A program made the position numbers and the translations under genes. From Lophium mytilinum (taxonomy: Eukaryota), in contig MU004181.1 of assembly GCA_010093605.1 (NCBI GenBank), positions 3,472,001-3,536,000 on the forward strand: 64,000 nt of DNA. Direction: 5' to 3'. Below, one piece after another: positions 24,632-37,508 of the stretch (position 1 is the first letter of the stretch; each line of letters begins with the position of its first letter). Below the pieces are notes generated by a model that had not been told where the DNA came from, searched no databases, and worked only from the letters and a program-made list of their open reading frames with translations.

Positions 24632-25364
24632 ATGACCATCAAGTAAGTCTGCTGCAAGCCGCATGCGTGAGGGAAATCGTGTCTGACAGTCTGAAGGTAC
24701 TTGATTCTGCTCTCACGGCAGGGCAAAGTCGTCAGTCTCCAACACTTGCACCGCGCTGCCTGCCACTAACAGCACTCAGCGCCTGGCCAAGTGGTTCACC
24801 ACCCTCTCCCCCAAGGACAAGGCCAAGATCATCAAAGATGTATCGCAGCTCGTGCTTGCCCGCAGGACGCGGATGTGCAACTTCTTGGAGTACAAAGGTT
24901 GGCGGACGCTTCTGCTCTTGCTGTGACATCTCATGACTGATGCCTCATCCCAGATACCAAGATCGTCTACCGCCGCTATGCCTCCCTCTTCTTCATTGCC
25001 GGATGCGACTCCACCGACAACGAACTCATCACACTGGAGATCGTGCACAGATATGTAGAGCAAATGGACAAGTATTACGGCAACGTCTGTGAGCTGGACA
25101 TCATCTTCAACTTCCAGAAGGCCTACTTCATTCTCGATGAGCTTCTGCTCGCTGGCGAAATGCAAGAGAGCAGCAAGAAGAACGTCCTGCGGTGTATAGG
25201 CCAGCAAGACAGCCTCGAAGACATGGAGGTAAGTTGATGCTGCTGCTTGATCCTCACCACTGCCTTCCTATCACTGTCACCGACAACATACACCTCCCGG
25301 TCTTCGCTGACATGTTTACCACTGTCATCAGGCCGAAGATGACATTGTCACCAAGATAATGTAA
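24632..25364 (+). CDS. APS1: AP-1 clathrin adaptor sigma subunit
   Basis: Spliced [17 protein letters not shown]...[12 protein letters not shown]...YRRYASLFF...[18 protein letters not shown]; four introns. Confidence 0.93.
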
Positions 25365-26466
25365 CCGCGGAAGAAGCGGACCTACATACCTGCCACCCCA
25401 TCCGTTACCTTGACTCCTACGATGCCACCTCCGCGGTTGGCGCGACCCTGAGCGTCCCTTTAAAGATATGTGGCTAACTACATATGCTTGTTGTCGAATC
25501 GTAGGCGCATAATGACTTCGAGGGAAGGCTGCGCGACAGCGGCATGCTGTGAACTGTCGACGCGATCGGTACACAAGGCGCACAACGGATTGGTATACCA
25601 TGGGACGGAATTTGGTGTCTGGAGTTTCGACAATGGTCAACACGTTCGTCCACCGAACGATCATGTCCAACTGCGGCGTTATACGCTGAGCAATACTCGA
25701 GAGAGAGTTACTAGAGGACTAGAACCTGAGATGAATGAAGCTATTTTGAAGCCCGTTTTTTTGAAAGCTTCCTTCTAGCCGTCATGACATGAGAACAAGA
25801 CTGAACATCAATCCATCACTGGAACTAGCTATGCGCCGTTGCTGACCCTTTAGCTATACTAATGATATAGTCCGGATCTCCGCATTCGGAAACGTCATGG
25901 ACTTCTTCGTCCTAATCCAACAAAAGCAACAAGTAGGCCCACTGTGAGAAACTCCCTTCTTCTGGCAACGGACGAATCACGATACTGCTCTCAACCTCAT
26001 CGTCGACACTACCGTAGGCATTGGTGGATTGGCGTCGTTGTTCAAGTTGCTCTAGTTGCGTTCCCTGGACACTCGCTGGGCACGCTTTGCTCCAATCATT
26101 GACGCACGTCGAGCACGTCACCTGACGGACTTGGTCAGCTCACGTTCACCTCCGCGTTACCTAGTAGCCGGACGACCGTCTCAACAACCACCACCTTCAC
26201 CCAACGCCATGCATTCTTCTACTACTTCCGCTTCCTGCTAGACGCTCGTCTGGCTTGAACAACACGAGATCTCGGTCTTTGCACCCAGCCTGGAACGATT
26301 CCTGAGTGTTGTCTCAGCTACAGCAGGTCACTTCCGACACATCAAGGACAAAGAACGCCCGAAGCCGCCACAGCTCCGAACCTCGCGCGACTCTTTCGCC
26401 AGTTGGTTCGCGTATCTACAACATCCTTTCTGCTGATTGCGCGTTGGAAGCGTAACTATCAGCACC

Positions 26467-27711
26467 ATGAAGGTCCGTCCCCGCCCCGATCCTGACAGCG
26501 AGACCCCCCTACTTACGCCGATTGCCGTGCCGTAGTACCTTCCCGTCCGCGACCTCGAGCTCGTCGCGAGCGCACTGAATTTCGAGACTCCGGATTGCCA
26601 TATTGTCGGCGGATGCGATCTTTACACCACAAAGGCGGCGGGCAGCGATAAGAAGCTTTACAAGACGATCGAGAACTCGCTTGAGTCGCAATATGAGTCA
26701 CTCCTGCGCCTGTCGGCCTCGCTATCCCCCCCAGAGGCTGCATCGCTCGCCGAGTCCATGAATCTCGCTCGGGCAAGTCCGTTCGGCCCGTTGAGCCAGG
26801 TATCGAGCCGCCGCACCTTTGCCTATCTTATCGCGACGCTCAACGCCAGCCACCCGGACTACGACTTCTCCCACACCCTGCGCCCGACCGATTTCCGCAA
26901 GGAGCGCAGCGTGCGCTCGGCCATGAATACCATCGACACGACCCTCTACAACCTGCGCCCACGGCCGTCTGCCGCCCTGCTCGCCGTGCCCTACCAGTGG
27001 GGCAGCGGGGCCATTGCGCCGGGCGCGCAAACCCCCAACGGCAGCCAGACGTGGGGCCCGCGCATGTGGCAGCTGATCGACAACGAGATGGCGCTGAAGG
27101 ACTGCGAGATCTACTGCTATACGCCCGACGAGGACCCGTTCTATGGCGACGACGGCTCCATCTGGAGCCTCAACTACTTCGTCTTCAACAAGGCCAAGAA
27201 GCGCGTGCTCTACCTCTACCTCCGCGGCCTCAGCGCCATCTCGCAGTCCCCGACCGCCCTCGTCGCCAAGCGCAAGCACTCCCCTTACAGCAGCGGCGGG
27301 GCCTCGAGCGTGGGAGCGGGGGCCCGTAAGCGCGCGCGGTATTGGCTCGGCGACCGCGCGGACGAGGAGGAGTTTGAGGATGGCGGGTGGGGTGAGGACG
27401 ACGATGAGTATCTTGTTGTGGAGGAGGAGTCGAGCGAGGACGAGGAGGATCTGGATGTCGGTTTCCGCGCGCTGGTCAGCATGCCGCGGCCGGACGTGCA
27501 GGACACCGCCGCCGCTACCCGCGACGATGCTGCCGAGAAGAAGGTGGACGCGGACGCGGACGCGGACGCGGACTCGTCGGCCACTGCTAGCGAGGGCGAC
27601 TCCGAGGATGAGGAGGAGGAGGAGCCGAGCGATGTGGAGATGTCGCGCGAGCGGTCGAGGAGCGCCGTGCGGGCTGTCAGCGAGCAGGTCGCCGAGGCCA
27701 TGGAGGTTTAA
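26467..27711 (+). CDS. MAF1: RNA polymerase III repressor Maf1
   Basis: MK/intron/YL...GGCDLYTTKAAGSDKKLYK, FAYLIATLNASHPDYDFS, WSLNYFVFNKAKKRV, acidic tail. Confidence 0.95.
27547..27573 (+). repeat. (GACGCG)4.5 coding microsatellite (Asp-Ala repeat in the Maf1 tail)
   Basis: Directly visible hexamer repeat. Confidence 0.9.
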
Positions 27712-28813
27712 GCCCCCCGTCAGCGCGTCAACGACGACCAACGGAAACGTTTACGACTCGGCGTTTTCTGTTTCTCAGAATAAACGATACCCCGTCGAAG
27801 AGGTTTGTCCTTCCCCTTTTCTTTTCTCTTCTAAGCACACATCCCCTTCCCCAATTTCCCCCTTTTATCCTTGGTTGTCAAGGCGTTGGAAGCATACCCC
27901 GGCGGCGTCGGAGTTCCGGTCGGTGGGAGCGGCTGGGAATCCTTCTTAGGGGCGTTGGGACGGTTTATTGGCGGGGCACATACATGACAGGGCACACATG
28001 AACGGTTTACGAGGATGTCGTCTTGGATGGATGGCTGGCAATGCTGTCTTGGATAGACGACATGGATGATAGTGTCGAAAATCCGTCCTTTAGGCGGACC
28101 TGAGAGGAGTGGGTAGGTAATGTAGAGATAAGGGCGGGCTTCCTTCATTATAGGGAGGCCGTCTCTATCACAAGCTACACTATCAACCTATCATGATTCT
28201 CGGGATTCGGCGTAGCATGTAATTAAAGGTTCATGCATGCATCATGTTCTTATGATTCATTTTGAGCGGTTGAAGTCTGGCCAGAAATGACTCTTGTTTA
28301 CCGCTGCCTGGGGTTCCCCGATGGGCCACGAACATCGAAAACAGGTGTGAATGACGGCACAATGTGATACGAGGTGGTCAGAAAAAGCACTTTTGTCAGC
28401 CGCCGCAGTGTTTATTTGCGTACTGCGCTACCTAGTGCTTTCTATATGATGTTGCTCATCGAGCGACACCGTGCAAGGCCCCTTCCATCAGCAGCCCTGA
28501 ATTCTTATATAGACCTATCGTCTATCATGCAATCTGATGCATAAATTCCCTGCCTTACCTGGCATAGTCCATGTAAATGCCCCACGCCGATGCCATGCCC
28601 CCCATAAGAAACTCCGAAAGTCCCATCGGTCCCTAACTTTTTACAAGAAGAATCATCATATATCGGCCCATATGCCAGACATAACGCTATATGTCACGGC
28701 CAGGAATGCATCGCCTCTCGCATGATTTTAGGGTATCATGCAATGCTGTCGTGAAGTGTGTACAAGAGTGAGGGGGGTAGTGGAGAGTGTGAAAGGAGTG
28801 CGCAGCAGAGTGC

Positions 28814-30880
28814 TCATGAAGGTGCCTCCATGAATGGAGGAGTGAAAAACGGCTCTTGGCCAGCCTGGCTAGCAATCCCGTTGGTGTTGGCCATGAAGGC
28901 ATCGAAGTCCGGCGACTCTAGATCGCCGGGAGCTTCGAGGGGAATGCCGTCGTGGCCACCATGCGTGAGGCAACCGACGCAATCGCAGCCGTCGCCACAC
29001 TGACATGTGCCGGTGACATCGTTGCAGCCTGGGAGCACGAGAGTCTGTAGGAAGAAGGAAGACGGTGAAAGTGTGGGCTCGCTGTCTTGGTCTCCGGGGC
29101 TGTCCTGGTATGCTGGACTGTTGTTGACGTCTTCTCCTTTGGCAGTATTGGGTCTTGGGGTTTGGCTTTGGTCGTCTCTTGAGCTGTTGATGTTGAATTG
29201 CTCGAACTTGATTGGTGGTGTTGAGTGAGCCGACATTTGTGAACCTCCCTGGGCCCAAGTATGATTTGGTCCTAGAGGGTACATACCCGATATTTGATTC
29301 GGGCTGTACTGGACGGCCATCGTCTGAGGTGGTCTAGACATGTTCATGCCTTGAGGATGGGCATAGTATGCGAGCGCATAGTGTTGCTGTGGTATTTGTG
29401 ATGCCTGGTGTGGGTAGGCGGGAAGTGCGTATGAAGATGCGGAGCCTCCCATTCTCATGAAGTTATCCATGTCGAGAAGATAAGCGGTGGTTGCTGCGTT
29501 CTGTGGATGCGCAGCACAGCCAAAGCAGTTACAGCTGTCACCACAATGGCAGTTATGCTCCATATCAACTTGGTTAGTGTCGTTCGGAGTACGGTGTCCA
29601 TTTTGTGTAGGTGTTGGCGTTGGAGGCTGATAGACTGCAGGACTTCCATACATGGGCCCGATGAAACCGTATCCGGGTGGCATTCCAAAATTCCCAGGAG
29701 CATTTCCAGGCTGCGTTTGCATGACCATATGTGGTGACGGGCCCGGGCCCATCGGTCCATATCCGGCCATCTGTAAAGGCATTCCTGATGGAAAGTGACC
29801 GTTCATAGGAAACTGAAACTGGTGATAGGATGGTGCGCTCGGCTGCGATGGTTCCCGGTTATCCAGCATTGATGGTCGCTCTGTTTGAGCATCAGACTTC
29901 GGTCCGGAGCAGCATGACTTCTTCACAGCCATCTCAATATTCGGCTCCTCGCTTTTGTTGCTACAGCATGATCCCTTCAGCGGCTCGGCAGGAGACTCTG
30001 CTTCTTTGACAGTTGGTTTCGGTTGGCAGCATGAAGAAACGTTGGCCGGTTTTACTGCCACCGCTCGGTATTCGGTGGGCAAGAACTTTGTATCACTTTG
30101 GTTTGGGTGGCGAGGTGACGTAGCCCCGAAGCGTGGAGTTGAGCTGGTGCTAGATGTCGGCGAACCACCGGTGCTCGAGGTTGGCTCTGAATCCTGGAAA
30201 GGGGCATTCACTGGAGGTTCAGCTGCTTCGGAAGAAGCTATGACATCCCCTTGACCACTCGCATTCAGGGCCTTCTCGAGCGTCGATGGGGAGATGACGC
30301 TGGTAGACTTCCGGCTTCGAGCCTTTTGGATACGATTGCCATTGCTTAAAGGTGCTGAAGTGGAATTGGGGGTGATCGCAGCGGGGCTATCGGACGGACA
30401 GAGACACGAAGATGCTGAAAGGCCGTTAGTGGCAAGTAAGGTCCATGTAGGGATATACTAACTTTTTGGAAGGGTATAGGTGATGGAGATTGGACCGCAA
30501 CTACATGTCCCGGCAGGGTGCGGACAGCTACTCAGAGGCCGACCGGGTTTGCGGACCTCCTGTAGCACGCGGTCCTTGTGATCACATTTCGAAGATCTGT
30601 GGCCACGGATGCATGGGCCGCTAGAAAATGAGTCAGCAACGAGGGTATGGGGAATTTGCTTTTTTCGGTGCGTGTTGTGTAGTGAAGGGATATGTAGAGG
30701 AAGTAAGACAGGTCGACATGCCGATATGCCAACTTAGCCTAGGAAGTGTATTGATGACAGAAGAAACCCTACTGGGCTTAAAGAGCAGAGCAGCTCAATT
30801 GGAGCGGCGTGAAAGGACTGCATCGCAACATTGACTCACCAGGCGACCTTCTTCCTAATACCTTCAACGTCTACCCACAT
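28814..30880 (-). CDS. Copper-fist DNA-binding transcription factor (Ace1/AceA/Mac1 family)
   Basis: Spliced MWVDVEGIRKKVAC/GPCIRGHRSSKCDHKDRVLQEVRKPGRPLSSCPH; C-terminal Cu-binding CHCGDSCNCFGCAAH and CQCGDGCDCVGCLTH, plus CC pairs. Confidence 0.92.
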
Positions 30881-32201
30881 AGCTACGGGCTATCAAGGGT
30901 CCAGGGAGGTGCTCGTTGAGCCTGGGTTGATCATTCGGGGACCTGGATGCGCCTGTGAGCGTGTGGCTCCCGATCGTGGGTGGAGGGCTCGCATCCGCCA
31001 AAGGCCCAGCGGGTGCATCTCGACCCAGACAGCGCCGTTTAAGAAGCGCGGCGGCAAGACTGGCAGCTGGGAACGATGGACTGGAGGGTAAACTTACAGT
31101 GCTCAAGGTGCCGGCACGTCTGGGGCCGGGGGGGCTGAAGCTGTCACACCTGTTCGGGTGCTGGCAGAACCTGGGGAGCAAATTGGGGTGCAGAGGAACA
31201 GGAGCAGCCCCGCGATTCGGTGGCTCGAGCGAGAGGGGCCGGCGGGGAGAGAGAGGAATTGAGGCAGTTTCAGCGGATTGAGATGGACAATTTTAGACGC
31301 TGAGACGACGAGGAGAGCGGTTCCTAGACGAAGGGTCCAGGTTAGAACGACGGGCCTACTATAGATAGATATTGGCCAGAACGCCCGGTTTCGGCCACAA
31401 GTGCTCTTCGTTCAGTTGTGTTTTGCGATGCGCCGCGTGAAGTCGCCTGGCCTCCGTTGTCAGCGGGCGATGTCGAAGGTCGTGCGGCCGGGCATTCAGG
31501 TCATTGTCGGCACTGGGGGCCTGCGAGTGAGCAAGTTTAATTCCCTCTTTAGGCGATAGCGGCGCTTGATGCCACAGGAAAAACGAGCCCCGCAAAACAC
31601 CCCCTCGGTGAAGAAAGCAACAAGGGAGGACCAGCGTGAGGATGGTGAGATCAAGGCTGTCAGACGCCTGAACGAGTCTTGATGGCGGGCCTGAAGGCAG
31701 TGCTCGGGCGGCTCTTTGTCCACGTTGAGGCTGCGAAGCTTTACAATAAGCCGCACTCGTATTGACCAGTCCTTGTGAGCCGTCCCTGCAGACGTCGGCC
31801 CTTTGAAAGCCCTCCCAGTTGCTGGAGACGAAACGCCCCTGCCGGAGTGCATCCCGAAGCCGACCCAGCACCCAACCTTGAAACACTCGACTCCGCCAAT
31901 CTGTCACAGATCTTGGGACTGAAGCACCACCGCATGCCGCTATATTAACCGCATCTACTCCTTGCCATTTCTATCTATTTCGACCCGGCTGTAGGTAGTT
32001 GCAGTAGTCCCGAATCCTTGCCATCACGTGGCCAAACTGAAGCATCGCTTAGACTGATGGAGCTAGTCTCCCATTTTTACCACCAACATCTTCACATATT
32101 CAGACGCTGTCTAGATGAACATCAATATCTCATTCGCCGGCGTCCATATCTTAGCGTATGTAACTTCGTATTTGCTGTAAGCTACCTTGGTCAAGCCCAT
32201 C

Positions 32202-33259
32202 ATGACCTCTGATTCCGAGGATGGAGACTTGAATCTCTTCGCAGAGCCCGAAGGCTTCTATCAACCCGAAAAGAGCGCCACATATGCCCCTTATACCATG
32301 CTTTCCGGAAACGAGCTGGAAGTGCGCTTAGTGGGCCACAACCCTCTCTGGGTAAGACTCCTAGCCTAGATTTCTGAGCGCATCATATACCTTCATGGTC
32401 TCATCTCTTTCTGTTCTAGTCCAAACCTCTTTCATTCATCATCTCATATTATCATCGCTTAAACTTTTGAGTTATGATTTCCGACCTTGGCTTCCAAGTG
32501 CATACTCTAACAGTGCTAGGGCCATCTTCTCTGGAATGGCGGCCGCACTCTCTCAAAATACCTCGAGGACAACATCCCAACGATTAAAGGGAAGACAGTT
32601 CTTGAACTCGGCGCCGGCGGTGGGCTTCCAAGCCTTGTATGCGCCATCTCTGGGGCTACACAGGTCGTGGTGACTGACTACCCCGATGCCGACCTTGTCG
32701 ACAACCTCCGTCACAACATTACGAATTGCAGCTTATTGCCCGACACGTCTAACATTCATGCTGAGGTAATCACGTGCCCCAATAGCTACTTATCGACTAG
32801 ATTAAATGCTGATGCTGATGCTGATGTTATATACAGGGCTATCTTTGGGGAGCAGACGTTGATAAGCTGACCGCTCACTTGCCTCCATCTAGCGAAACCA
32901 AACGCTTTGACGTCCTGATTCTCGCTGACCTCCTCTTCAACCACTCCGAGCATGCCAAGCTTGTCAAAAGCATTCAAGATACCCTAGATCACTCTCCTTC
33001 AGCCACGGCTTTTGTGGTGTTCACGCCATACAGACCCTGGCTGCTCCAGAAAGACCTGGCCTTCTTCGATCTCGCTCAGCAACGCGGCTTCACTGTTCGT
33101 AAGATCTTTGAAAATATCATGGATAAGGTTATGTTTGAGGAAGATCGTGGTGTGAGTAGCTTCAAGTCTTTGTGGTTTCCAAGAACTTACATGAGTTAGG
33201 ATGAGCTTCTCAGGCGTACGGTTTATGGCTACGAGATTAAATGGGCTGATGTTGTGTGA
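32202..33259 (+). CDS. NNT1: Protein N-terminal/lysine N-methyltransferase Efm7 (Nnt1-like)
   Basis: LVGHNPLW/GHLLWNG, VLELGAGGGLPSL, VVTDYPD, LILADLLFNHSEH, FTPYRPWL; three introns. Confidence 0.9.
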
Positions 33260-33992
33260 AGTCCTTCCGATGGACAAGCTATGGGCAGGATAACATTGAT
33301 GTTCAGGCTCAAGCTGATCAGCTTGAGGAGAAAAAGAAAAAAAATGGAAGGCTATCCGGTTGATTGGCTGAAGTGCCAACTGCTAACACCCAACTTGACC
33401 AGAGTCCTACTGATAGTCCGGTGGTGGTTGTGCCCGAAAAGACGTACGAGTAGGGTTTCGCAGCACTAGACCGCCTTGAATGAGTAGGGAGTAACGGAAT
33501 CTGCTGCGAACGACCTAGCTGTGGTGTTCAGCTTCAATGAGGAGACAATGCTCGCCATGTTCATGAGATCCAGCGATACCAGAACGAAAAAGATATAGAG
33601 TGTTTATTGAGATGCATTCGTGCAATATTTGATACCTTGGTATCATCACCGCGATAACAGCCCGTTCTTCAAAATCAGACGTGATACTAAGATTCCATTT
33701 TCCTCCGTTCTGAAATATAAGCAATTTGATTGGTCTGGGGATGGCCTATCAACCTCAACCCATCTCTCACTTTAGAATATCCAACATGCAACCTCCCTAT
33801 ATCCTCCTTACTTTCTCATTCCTCCAATTAATACTCCAAATGCTCAAAGCCTGACCTAATGTAACGCCTCCAGACTCCGCAATGACGTGATTCCCGTCCA
33901 CCAACTCCACAAACCGCAATCCCCATCCCCATCCCATTCCATACCTCTCTCTACCACATATTCAAAACAGCCACCTTCCCAACCCCCCAAAA

Positions 33993-34472
33993 ATGCCACC
34001 ACTATCCCCTTACAGCCCCCCACCAACCTCCCTCTCCATCGCCCAAATCCTCGCCTCAGCCCGCACCCACCTAACCCGCCTCACCCCCGCCGCCGCCGCC
34101 GCCGAACTCGCCCAATACCACTCCCACCTCCAATCGCAACCTCCATCGCAAACCCCCCCGCCTCCCCCCGTCCTCCTCATCGACATCCGCCCCGCCGCCC
34201 AACGCGCAACCGAAGGCTACATCGCCGGCGCGACTGTCATCGAGCGCAACGTGCTAGAATGGCGGCTGGACCCGCGCAGCGACGCAAGACTCGAGGCCGC
34301 GGGGGGCAGGTACGATGCGCGCGCGATTGTCATCTGCCAGGAGGGGTATACGAGCAGTCTGGCGGCGCGGGAGCTGCAGCGGCTGGGGCTAGCGCGGGCG
34401 ACGGATGTCGAGGGCGGGGTGAGGGCGTGGAGGGAGGGGGGTGTGGAGGGGTTTGTGGAGGGGACGGAATGA
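33993..34472 (+). CDS. Single-domain rhodanese-like protein
   Basis: LLIDIRP, IERNVLEWRLDP, active-loop ICQEGYTSSLAA, DVEGGVRAW. Confidence 0.88.
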   Translation: MPPLSPYSPPPTSLSIAQILASARTHLTRLTPAAAAAELAQYHSHLQSQPPSQTPPPPPVLLIDIRPAAQRATEGYIAGATVIERNVLEWRLDPRSDARLEAAGGRYDARAIVICQEGYTSSLAARELQRLGLARATDVEGGVRAWREGGVEGFVEGTE

Positions 34473-35452
34473 TGGAGGCAGGTAGGTAGGCAGGAAATAA
34501 ATGGCACACTAGGTACAGCAGTTCAGCACTGTCTGAGGTCGCTCAAAGAGCTGTTAGGCTTGCCAAAGCTAGTGTTTTCTGGATAGCAATAGAATAGTAG
34601 CGGACCTCAAGCGGTGCTAAACAAGCGTATACAGTTCATAAATAGTGTGTACATGCCTTTTAGATGTAAACACTGCCACTCTCTATTAACCCTAATTACC
34701 ACGCTGCCGTTTAGGTGCACCTGTTTACCACCGCTTGGGGTGCCTCAACAAGTTCCCATAGACCCCAGAAGGAAGAACTTCTATAGTATTTGAATTTCCG
34801 ACAATGCATTAAAGCACTCCAAGCGGTAGCATACACACCTATGTAGACTAGAATAATACCTTTTTCATGCCCCGCGTGGGGGGGGTGGGTTGAAGAGGGG
34901 ATGGTTTGGGGAGTAGGGAGGAGCTGCAATATGAGGTTTTCAAGAATAAGCATGTTAGTGGTATGACAAATTGATATATAGGCACGCTAGGCATGAAGAG
35001 AATGGCACACTCAGCAAGCACTCTGTCGTGTGCGGTCGTGTGTACACCTGTCTGCCACTGGTTAGAGTGCTTCAGCAGAATCTCACATAGCCCAAAGGTA
35101 AGTAGATTCTATTTTTCCTACAGTCTGAAAATGTATCGGAGCACCACAAGCAGCGGCAGTCAGGTGTAGAAGTAAATAAGGCACAATGTCTATTATGTGT
35201 GCCACCTTTTTGAGGACCAGCGTGATAGGCTAGCCGAGCGGTCGTGAAGTAGACTAGGGAAAGGTAACCACGCTATGCTGTGAAGAATTACCCTCCCAAA
35301 GCCTTCTGTATCCCTAGTTATGCCATTTTCCTTCATACTCCGTGAACATCATAGCTTCGTCAACCGGTACCCATATTACAATCGTTCTTATCGTTAACAA
35401 ATGTACCTCCCATAATGTGAACATGACGCGACTCCATGGAACATGTTGATCC

Positions 35453-37508
35453 TCAACTTTTGCGTGGTCTGCCCCTCTTCAACTTCTTCGGTGCACCGGC
35501 GCTGTGCTGGTTGTCCGGCTTGATAACAAACTCATCGCTTTCAAGATCGAGCGAGCCGCGAAGAATGCTGTGAGCTAGAAGGTCGCGCGTGTAGCAGGTT
35601 ATTCCCCTACCCTGCAGAGCGGTTGCGTCTGGGTCTTTCCCGTCGCCCATCGCAAGGACGATGGTGTTCTTGTCGTCTTTAAATCCCGTTGCCATCCTGA
35701 CCATGACTTTCACCGCTCCGGCTTGGAGAGCAACACCCTTTATGTCTTTCAATGGTTGATACACCTTGCTCAGGGCCGGTGTGAAACAAACCGTCTTGCC
35801 AGAAAAAAGAGTACGCTGCGGCTGTCTGAGCACATCGCGCATCGAAAAGCCCCACGCTTCTTCGCTCTTATGATCTCGCGGAGCGAACCCATCTGGCTTC
35901 AGCAACCGACCCATGGCGTGACTATTCACAAGCCAATCATCTGTAACAATAGGAATGCCAAGCACGACGGCAAGCAGGAGTTTGACGGTCTTCTTGAGCT
36001 CTGAACGTCCAACACTACGGTGACGGAGTTAGTATGTCTTGACGAGGATCAAATATCTAGCACCACTTACCAGAGGATGTTTGCTTCCGTCATTTCGTCA
36101 ACCAGTTTACCGCCATGTTTGTCTAGAAACTTTACAATCTTCTCTTCCTCCATGATAGTGCTGTTACTGAATGCGATCCTCGGAAGTTGACTTTCGTATA
36201 GTTGTGACTCCGATACGGTATTTTGAGATGATCGCAAGTAATTCACGACTGGCGATGGCGACCTCTTTCCAGTTTTCGAAGCCTTGCTGGGCAGATTGGT
36301 ACGTTTCGACGGACGTGCAGTTGTGTCCACCACGATCTCCTCGATGCGACTGTCCTGCGATTCGGTTTTGGACGTTCGACGCCTTTTACTTGGGGGTCCC
36401 CTGACAGTGGCAGCCTCGAAACTTTCGCCGTCTAGATCGACGGGACTCGATCGCTTGCTATGTGTCTTTCGAATGATCACAGAGACACCCTTTTGCCTCG
36501 GCGGTGGCTCCCTGGTAGGCTTCAAGTCCTCTTCGTTGTGTCCAGAGGCATCTTCAGCATCTCCTGCATTGCCAGGTGCTGTACAAAATGGTCCCTGGGT
36601 ACTGGCAGTCTCCAACCCAGCGGGGTTCGTTCCACGCAGCTCCAACTCCTGAGGGAGGACGTACTCCCCAGTCAATCTCCAAGGAAACTCCCGAGTGGGG
36701 CCGTACTCTCCAGTCAATCTCAACTCCTGAGGGTGGACGTACTCTCCTGTCAATGTCGCAGAAGATCTCTTCCCGGATTGGGTTTGTTGCAGTCTTCGTG
36801 AAGTGGGTGTCTCCTCAACCAGCTCATCAGCTCGTGCCAAGGTAGGATTTGGAGTTGCTTCGTCAAGAAGTGAGTTCGGAACCTCTGCCTCTTCATCCTC
36901 CGTTTGGTCTGTATCAGCATCCTCGTTTTGTAGGTCCACGACATCGGCAGCGGACGCCGACGAGCGGACTTGGACATGGTCAACAGCGTGGACAAGATTG
37001 GGCGCAACGTCGACTGGAGCGTCCAGAGCTTCCACCTGATCATTCGTAACGCTCACTTGACCGTTCACACCGTCCATTTGATCATTCCCCACCTCCACTC
37101 GACCTAGCCTAACTTCGACATGGAACTTCGTAGCATGCGGTCTGAAGAAGAAGCTATCGCCATCCCTTAGAAATATGATCTCAATATTGCCCAACGAAGA
37201 TGCGTTGATGGTATATTCCTCGTCTTGCTTTGCTTCTTTGGGCATTACCCGGATGGGCTCTGCTTTTGCCTGGAGCTTAACGCCACAGCGTTCCACGGCT
37301 TGATACAGTCAGCAGCTAGCCATCAATAGTGAGGAGCTGTTGATGCGAGCTTACTGATAGAACCGACGGCTTCGTCAGAGCCTGTGCTGCGGAGGTCATA
37401 GCTACCGTCGCTGCATTCGACAATGTCCCGGCCTTGCCCTTCTGGGAGATTCCACTCGATAGAAGTCCCGGAGAAGTTGCGCTGCGTCACGGTAACGCTA
37501 CGTTCCAT
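35453..37508 (-). CDS. C-terminal tandem-BRCT protein (MDC1/Mdb1-like architecture)
   Basis: Three exons; low-complexity acidic middle, then LKKTVKLLLAVVLGIPIVTDDWL and LFSGKTVCFTPAL BRCT-like motifs, ending in an AT-hook-like KRGRPRK. Confidence 0.75.
36643..36757 (-). repeat. Three imperfect 36-42-bp coding tandem repeats (LTGEY...) in the BRCT gene
   Basis: The core CGTACTC(C/T)C(C)(A/T)GTCAAT occurs three times. Confidence 0.85.

Noticed and set aside
26722..27949. Long antisense and alternative-frame ORFs over MAF1 (339, 268, 138 aa)
   Set aside because: Shadow ORFs caused by high GC3 and repeats; no recognisable domains.
34686..34696. TAACCCTAA telomere-like motif
   Set aside because: Only ~1.5 units; expected by chance.
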